In this document: one piece after another, positions 55,914 to 64,000 of the stretch
Layout of the letters: the number at the start of each line of letters is the position of its first letter
How positions within the stretch are numbered: the first letter of the stretch is position 1
Source of the DNA: Octopus vulgaris
Taxonomy: Eukaryota
Direction of reading: 5' to 3'
Assembly: GCA_951406725.2 (NCBI GenBank)
Contig: OX597840.1
Span: 16,368,001 to 16,432,000, forward strand
DNA: 64,000 nt
Position numbers and translations under genes: made by a program
The notes under the pieces: model-generated
What the model was told of the DNA's origin: nothing
The model's input: the letters and a program-made list of their open reading frames with translations, nothing else
Database searches by the model: none

Positions 55914-58900
55914 GCGGCGTACGTACACTTTGGTCTCTTATATATAAGTACACATTTATTGTTTTCCACCTGCCTTCGTCTTTTGTCTATTTTCATAAAG
56001 CTTCCCGTTATATATGTATATATATATATACACACACACACACGCACATACACACATGAACATGCACACACAAGACACACACACATGTATATTCATATAC
56101 ACACATACATATGTATATATAAATATGTGTGTTTTTGTGTTTGTGTATGTCTCCTACCACTTAGTAACCAACGTTGGTTTGTTTGCATCACCTTAACTTA
56201 GTGGTTTAGCTAAAGAGACCGATAGAATAAGTACAGGACTTTAAAAACAAAATTAAAATTAATACAGGGGCAACTTGTTCAACTGAATCTTTCAAGGCAG
56301 TGCCCCAGCATGGTCACAGTCCAATGAATGAAACATGTAAAAGATGACCAAACAACAGATGTGTCTTGTCATATAGTGGTGCACTGCCAAGACTGTTACA
56401 TTGTGTCACCCACAGGGTTTCACGATGGCAAGTGACTGTGTGTAACTTGATATTCAGTAAGACACAAGCGTGATATTTATCTGGAAGAACAGATCTGTGA
56501 GTGACAGTAAGTCACTCCTTCGTGGTAGAGACAGCTCTGTTGATACAGAGTTGGCCTGTAGAAATGTTAGCACGCCGGGTGAAATGCTTAGTGGTATTTC
56601 ATCTGCCGCTACATTCTGAGTTCAAATTCCGCCAAGGTCGACTTTGCCTTTCATCATTTTGGGGTCGATAAATTAAGTACAAGTTAATAATCGACTTAAT
56701 CCATTTGTCTGTCCTTGTTTATCTCCTCTGTGTGTAGCCCCTTGTGGGCAGTAAAGAAATAAGTAAGTACATTAACAGTAACATCATTACTAAGTTATAT
56801 TAAGGTGGTGAGCTGGCAGAATCGTTAGCACGGACGAAATGCTTAGCGGTATTTTGCCGATCGCTATGTTCTGAGTTCAAAATTCACTGAGGTTGTCTTT
56901 GCCTTTCATCCTTTTGGGATCAATAAATTAAGTACCCGTTGTGTACTGGGGTCGATCTATTTGATTGTCCCCCTTCCCGAAAAATTTCAGGCCTTGTGCC
57001 TATAGTAGAAAGGCTTATTAAGTTACATTGTATTGCCATGACCACCACTACTGCTGCTACTATCACTGACACCACACACATCATATAATTAACTGCCATG
57101 TGTCTGAATCTCCAAGTATGGTTTGTATCTCTGGGGAGGAATGCTACATCTGTAATAACAGATCTGTGGGTCGTACTTAGTTGTTGGGGCATCCCTTAGT
57201 ACAACTGGGTCATAGCTGACCTCTGGCTACTTAACAACAATAACAACAACAGCAACATAAATCTTTTTTATTTTTTTACTTGTTTCTGTCATTTGAGTGT
57301 GGCCATGCTGGGCCACTGCCTTGAAGGGTTAAGTTGAATTAATTGCCCCTACTCTTTTACTTGTTTCAATCAGTTGACTGTGGCCATGCTGGAGCAATGC
57401 CTTTAGTCAAGCAAATCGCCCCCAGGACTTATTCTTTGTAAGCCTAGTACTTATTCTATAAGTCTCTTTTGCTGAACCGCTAACTTACGGGAACGTAAAC
57501 AAACTACTATTTAATTTGTTTTATTCTATGGGGACATAAACAAAAAGTGGTTAGCAAGCTGTGCGGATGTGGTACATGCACAGAAACACACACACACACA
57601 CAAACACACACACATCCACACACACACATACATGCATACACATGCACACATACACATACATATGTACAATTGGCTTCTATACAGTTTACTCTACCACTCA
57701 AAGCATTTGTTGGTCTGAGGCTATAGTAGAAGCCTCTTGTGCAAAGTGCCATTGAATAGGACTGAACTCAAAATCACCAGGTTGCAAAGCAAGTTTCTGA
57801 ACTACACAGCCATTGTCTTCACCTAACAAATAAATAGACTATGATTTTACTGTGAATGATATTAGACAGAGGCTAAAGTAGCTGGTTTTAAAATCTCTGA
57901 AAGAGATTCAAGTAGTAACAAACAGTAATGCTTGTTGCTACTTTTGCATGGCTGTTCCATGCGGAACAATGTTACTACATTTTAACCCCAGGAAAACATC
58001 TTTTCCAGCTGGTTAACGACACACAACCTGTGTCTGCTATATAGCGAGTAAGGGAGCGAACCACTTGCCTCCAGCGTAACAAGGTCAGTAGGCCAGCTGG
58101 TTTCTGTGTGCACACCCATCCTCGGTACTGGAAGTTTGCTTGCTAGAGATGGCAGTCATTCATCTCCACCCACACTGTATAAACAAATGAGTGACAGTCA
58201 TCAATGATCTTGCAACAAGCTAAAGCAGCTGGTTTTAAAATCTCTGAAAGAGATTCTAGTATTAGACATAACTTTCTATATAGGACAGAAAAAGCCGAAC
58301 AAGCTCACATGATTTGAAGCAACACTGCTAGATCAGACTTGAACCGTCCAACCCATGCTAGCATGGAAAATGGACGTTAAACGATGATGATGATGATTTA
58401 TTACTTTCCAGGTGATCATCTTACCACTTACAACACAAAACATTATAATTTGATTCTTGGATTTAGTTATCCTTGTAAGCATTGAATCAAAGGTTGAGCA
58501 TTTATAGGTTGAGCATTTATAGAATAATATATCTTGCTAGTGCTAAGTGACCAGCAAATGTTATTTGAAATGTAAAATAGAGCAGTTAAAATAGCAGAGA
58601 AATGATATAAAATGATGACGTTGTAACCCCTTTTTAATGGAACTGGTAACGTCATGTTAACTCCAAACGATAGATTTGAGGTCCTAATCACATCACTGAA
58701 CCTATTAGAACTTTTTTTTTGTGCCTTTTGTTGGTGATATTATTAGTATCTTTCCCAACAGCATATGTTGAAACTCAGCTGGCAAACTGAGTAGCCCCTA
58801 TATTTGAAAAGGTCAGCCTTGTCACATTCCATATCATGCTGAATCTTCTCGAAAACTATGTAGGGTGTACTTGTGTCTGTGGAGTGCTCAACCACTTGCA

Positions 58901-59379
58901 CGTTAATTTCATGAGCAGGCTGTTCTGTTGACAGGATCAACTGGGACCCTTGTTGTCGTAACCAACAGAGTGCCAATTATATTGAAATATTAGTTTCAAA
59001 TTTTGGCACAAGGCCAGCAATTCTGGGGGAGGGGTTGGTCAATATCATCGGCCCCCAGTGCTCAACTGGTACAAATTTTTCATAGAGCCTGAAAGGATGA
59101 AAGGCACAATCAACCTCAGCTGGATTTGAACTCAGAACATAAGTACGGATTCAATGCTGCTAAACATTTTGCCTGGCATTTTTTTTTGAGTCGTTTGACT
59201 GTGGCCATGCTGGAGCATCACCTTTAGTCGAACAAATCAACCCCAGGACTTATTCTTTGTAAGCTTAGTACTTATTCTATCAGACACTTTTGCTGAACTG
59301 CTAAGTTATAGGAAAATAAACATACTAACATCAGTTGTCAAGCGATGGTTGGGGGACAAACACAGACACACGAACATAG

Positions 59380-59460
<81 letters not shown>

Positions 59461-60647
59461 GCTTCTTCGATTTTCCGTCTACCAAATCCACCCATTAGGT
59501 GTTGGTCAGTCCGAGGCTATAGTAGAAGACACTTGTCCAAGGTGCCACACAGTGGGACTGTAACCAGAACCATGTGGTTGGTAAGCAAGCTACTTACCAC
59601 ACAGACACTCCTACACCTGGTAACAATTTGGTCAGCTCGCCACCTACATGTATCAAAATGTTAGTATTCTTTGATTCTTTTATTTTTTTCAGTCGTTTGA
59701 CTTCGGCCATGCTGGAGCACCACTTTAAAGGGTGTTATAATGTGGATCCTTGTCCACTTGTATGTTGTTCTTGGCACTGTAATGTTCTTGTTGCAACTAT
59801 TATTGTGGTGGTACTCCACGTCTTATTATCTTTGACTTGTCTATTGTGTTATCGCTGATAGCACCGCAAGACAATGACTTTGAAACATCTACTTTGATGG
59901 TAACTTGAACTTGTATGTAACATGTAACTGACACTGACTCCAATTGTGTTTCGTTATAACGGCAGGAAAATCACTCACCCTTCTGTCATAGATGTTTTGC
60001 TCATTCAATATATAGACAGAGAAAGGCTGTGAGCTGGCAAAAACGTTAGCACGCTGGGTGAAATGCTTAGTGGTATTTTGTCTGTCTTTATGTTCTGAGT
60101 TCAAATTCCACCGAAGTCGACTTTGCCTTTCATCTTTCCGGGTTTGATAAATTAAGTACCAGTGGTGTACTGAGGTTGATCTAATTGCCTGGCTCTCTCC
60201 CCAAAACTTTCAGGCCTTGTGCCTACAGTAGAAAAGAATATGTAGACAGAGGTAGGCTCCAGTGTAGATTCAGGTTAATTGTTTGAGAATGTATTATGCA
60301 CAACATGATTGGATCCTTGATCCAATCCTGTGCAATACTTGACCAATCAAAGAACAACATTCTACCAATGTTCCAAACTCAAAGGACAAGGCCAGGCAAC
60401 CAATCATCACAGATTAATATGTGGAGCCTATAGAAATTGGTCTTGCTACACAGTCTTTCAGTGAGCGATAGATACAAAGTTTGAATCTCATCAATAGGCT
60501 TGTTTCATCTATCCCTCTTTTCTGTCATAAACGTTTTCATATAATCTCAAATATCCATAAAATCAATGACAATATTAGTTTTCATCAAATTACTACCATT
60601 ATTTGAAAACATTTCTCTGATTTTTGCTCTTTCTTTGTCTATTTCAG

Positions 60648-60791
60648 CAACATTTCGTCAAACAATCATCACTTTTATAAAACCGACCCCTGATACTGTC
60701 CATTATATCTTAACAAATTTCCCATGGTTATGGAAAATTATAAACAATGTCCCTTTTCTCAATAACATTGTTATGACTTATGTATATATAT
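60648..60791 (+). CDS. PTGS: Cyclooxygenase/PTGS exon, membrane-binding helices: [48 protein letters not shown]
   Basis: Acceptor ttctttgtctatttcag, donor gtaagt, 144 nt, phase 1-1. Matches COX-2 [37 protein letters not shown]. Confidence 0.97.
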
Positions 60792-61737
60792 GTAAGTATT
60801 TTATCTCTCTCTCTCTCTTTCCACCCCTTTATTTGTTTATCTCATCCATATGTATGTGTCTTTTACCATTCTAATGTTTACACAGTCCTAGGTATTACTT
60901 TAAACTGGGGTCCTGGTTTGGGAGTTCTGAGGTTTTGAGAGTTAGCCCATAAGGAGACCATACTTGAACAATCTTGAGCTCTTCTCACCCAGTTTCCTGT
61001 AACTTTATTAGAGGGTATTTTGTAGAAATAAGCCAAAATATTCCTATCATTAAAAAAAAGAAGGACACGATGGATTATCTGAAAACATATCAAGGTTTTG
61101 AGGGGTATGAAACCACCTCTTAGTCAATATTCTCCCAGGTCTTCTCTGATCTAGAATAGTAGCATGTGTCATGGTGGGTACCAGCTATGAGTTAATTAGT
61201 ATATTAGGGCTTGCCAACGCAGGCAAGTGAAGACTGGATCCTGCGGACTCTGGAAGAAACCCACCTTCTTGGTTCAATGGAGTGGAAAGCAACTGCAGCC
61301 TCACATTGTGGAGTGCAGAGAGCAAGATGATTGAAGTAAGACATTTTGGTCATTCACTGCAACCGTATTTATCCCCAGTCCTCTTGACCTGGTCTTGCAA
61401 CTGGATTGAAGATGGTCACAGACAAAAGAGACTCCTTCACTTTGAAGAAGGACACCATGCATATAATCCTTAAGCATGAATAGAAGGTCCGTATTACTCC
61501 GACGGACAAACCTGATGATCGGTGAAGGATATAGATATCGGAGACAAAGCCAAAAAAATAGTGGTTTTCTGCAAACAAAATACCTTGAAGTATTTGTTCT
61601 GCCACAAAGTTATTCACTCCCTTGTCACTTTCCCTGTAAGAAATGTAATAAACCATGGATTGAACCATTCAAAGCTTGCAATCAACAGTATAAAATCTCT
61701 TAAACATATATATATGTCAATGTGTTCTGTGTTTCAG

Positions 61738-61881
61738 CGAGGGGACAACTGGTGGACAGTCCCCCTCTCTATGTGTCCAACCAGACTTTCACATACTCGG
61801 ACATCTACTATAACAGGTCAACATTTGTGCGCAATCTACCACCGGTCCCCAAGGATTGTCCCACGCCATTGGGCGTTGTAG
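61738..61881 (+). CDS. PTGS: Cyclooxygenase/PTGS exon with Arg120 equivalent: SRGQLVDSPPLYVSNQTFTYSDIYYNRSTFVRNLPPVPKDCPTPLGVV
   Basis: Acceptor tgttctgtgtttcag, donor gtaagg, 144 nt, phase 1-1. Matches COX SRSHLIDSPPTY...N-x-S...RALPPVPDDCPTPLGV. Confidence 0.97.
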   Translation, partial: RGDNWWTVPLSMCPTRLSHTRTSTITGQHLCAIYHRSPRIVPRHWAL

Positions 61882-61909
61882 GTAAGGGCACTGGCATCGC
61901 TTCTATTGT

Positions 61910-62155
61910 CACTAACCACCACCACCACCACCACTGCCATTACAACTATCATCACCATCTTCACCACCATCCACCACAACCATCACCTTAGCCATCACCA
62001 TCACCCACCACCTTCCACAATCACCATCACTACCACCAGAGCCATCACTTCAGCCACTACCACCACCACCAGCAACATCATCCCCACTGCCTCCACCAAT
62101 ACAAACACCACCACTATCACTACCATCAGCCCCATCACCACCACCACCACCATCA
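61910..62155 (+). repeat. Degenerate (CAC/CAT)n tract filling most of a 338-bp PTGS intron
   Basis: Direct reading; a similar tract lies at 52525-52760. Confidence 0.9.
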
Positions 62156-62219
62156 TTTTGATGGCAACAAATTTCTGTATCTAACGTTTTCCGCCCCCAT
62201 CACAAATTTCTCATTGAAG

Positions 62220-62395
62220 GTCCCAAGGTCCTTCCTGACACAAATAAACTCGTAGAAATCTTCAGGAGACAAGAATTTAAACCTGACCCCATGGGAACAA
62301 GTCTACTATTCGCTTTCATGGCTCAACATTTTACTCACCAGTTTTTCAAGACTGACCTAACCAAAAATCCCGACATGCAATGGGGCAATCAAGGC
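62220..62395 (+). CDS. PTGS: Cyclooxygenase/PTGS exon, distal haem motif: GPKVLPDTNKLVEIFRRQEFKPDPMGTSLLFAFMAQHFTHQFFKTDLTKNPDMQWGNQG
   Basis: Acceptor tttctcattgaag, donor gtaagt, 176 nt, phase 1-0. Contains the diagnostic AQHFTHQFFKTD (Gln203/His207). The next exon is not found before the window end. Confidence 0.97.
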
Positions 62396-62439
62396 GTAAG
62401 TACATTATCCATCTAACCATCTGTCTGTCTATCTATCTA

Positions 62440-62485
<46 letters not shown>

Positions 62486-63110
62486 CATCAGTCTGTCTGT
62501 CTGTCTATCTATCCATCTATCTATTTGTCTATCTGCCTGTCCGTCTGTCTGTGTGGCTGTCTGACTCTCCCTCCCCCTCTCTCTCTCTCTCTAATATATA
62601 TATATATAAATATATTTTTATTTTTTATTCTTTTATTCTTTTACTTGTTTCAGTCATTTGACTGTGGCCATGCTGGAGCACCGCATTTAGTCGAGCAAAT
62701 CTGACCCCAGGACTTATTCTTTGCAAGCTTAGTACTTATTCCATAGGTCTCTTTTGCTAAACTGCTAAGTTAGGGGTGATGTAAACACACCAGCATCAGT
62801 TGTCAAGTGATGTTAGGGGGACAAACACAGACACACACACACACACAAACACTTATATATGACAGACTTCTTTCAGTTTCTGTCTACCAAATCCACTCAC
62901 AAGGTTTTGGTCAGCTCGAGGTTATAGAAGGCACTTGCCCAAGGTGCCATGGAGCGGGACTGAACCCGGAACCATGTGGTTGGTAAGCAAGCTACTTACC
63001 ACTCACACGCACACACATCAACCAAAACTGTCCGATGAACGGATACGTTAAACTCTGAGTAACAGTATTTGTGATGTCTCTGCAGCTTTATTAAAAAAGT
63101 ATATAAATAT

Positions 63111-63143
<33 letters not shown>

Positions 63144-63151
63144 CACACTCA

Positions 63152-63376
63152 TGTGAGGTGGGGTGTTGAAAAGTTCCCGGCTTTAAGAGCATGGTGAAGT
63201 GACTGGTTGGAGGCCCAACCTTCTGAGTTCTTTTACAGGGTCTTAGAAAAACTGAAGGACTACTGCAATAAGTGTGTGAGTTTGAGAGAGGAATATATTG
63301 AATAAAATCATAATTAACTGATCCTCCCACACAAAGCCTCTTACTCAAAGCCAAGAACTCTTCAGTATCCCCTCTT
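63152..63376 (+). mobile_element. Mariner-derived MITE
   Basis: Imperfect TIRs ggggtgttgaaaagttcccggcttt and aaagccaagaactcttcagtatcccct; interior encodes a transposase C-terminus-like CNKCVSLREEYIE*. Confidence 0.7.
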
Positions 63377-63430
63377 ATATGTATGTATGTATATAGAATA
63401 TATATATATCTATCTATCTATCTATTTAAA

Positions 63431-63502
<72 letters not shown>

Positions 63503-63714
63503 ATCCAAACATGAACAAAGAGAAAACACAACAATGCGAGGACTTGGAACAAGTATAGTGTTATTGGACGCTCAGGAAAGGAAAGAAAGAAGGAGGATTT
63601 CACATTTTGAGCGGAGCTCTTCATCAAAAATGTAGAAAAGAAGAAGAAAAAGTCCAAGGAAGGGAAGATGGAGAAAGAAAATCGTCAACGATACACACGT
63701 GGTCGTATATACAT

Positions 63715-64000
63715 GCTGAGACCCCCTTTGGTCATGAATGACCATGGGATTGCACCTAGAAAGTTCCCCTCCAAGGCACAAGTCTGGGCAAGGTTGTTTA
63801 TGGAAGACCAGCAGTCACCCATGCATACCAGCCTCCCCTCTCCACACCAAAGGAAAGGCAAAGGGGCCAATACAGCTTGGCGACTGTGACGTCGCAACTA
63901 ATTTCTACAGCTGAGTTAAGTGGAGCAATGTGAAGTAAAGTGTCTTGCTCAAGAACACAACACACAGCCTGGTCCAGGATTCAAACTCACAACCTCATGA
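63715..64000 (-). mobile_element. tRNA-derived SINE, truncated by the window edge
   Basis: Minus strand gtgagtttgaatcc B-box followed by a gtgttcttgagcaagacacttt core. Confidence 0.65.

Noticed and set aside
61495-61545. CTGATGA inside a ctccga/tcggag stem in a COX intron
   Set aside because: No helix II or GAAA; the overlapping short ORFs show no recognisable homology.
61882-62184. His-rich and Thr-rich ORFs following a COX exon
   Set aside because: Read-through of an intronic CAC repeat bounded by good splice sites.

Overview
AT-rich, microsatellite-dense eukaryotic DNA. Its SINE/LINE complement resembles an octopus (cephalopod) genome; this is an inference from repeat content. The only host gene I can support is the 5' half of a cyclooxygenase (prostaglandin G/H synthase, PTGS/COX) on the + strand. 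It has four clear internal exons (53503-53622, 60648-60791, 61738-61881, 62220-62395) with canonical splice sites and compatible phases, plus a probable signal-peptide exon at 50137-50227; the gene continues beyond the window. The rest is mostly transposable-element debris: RTE, R4/Dong, CR1 and Tx1 LINE fragments, Penelope-like remnants, tRNA-derived SINEs, Helitrons and DNA-transposon MITEs. The most unusual structural signals are about ten minimal hammerhead-ribozyme motifs, some with recurring non-canonical cores, and many fold-back elements. One fold-back is a tRNA-headed hammerhead element inserted as a head-to-head palindrome with a 13-bp target-site duplication (TSD). Most ORFs in the supplied track are microsatellite artefacts. 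Repeat boundaries were read by eye and are approximate.
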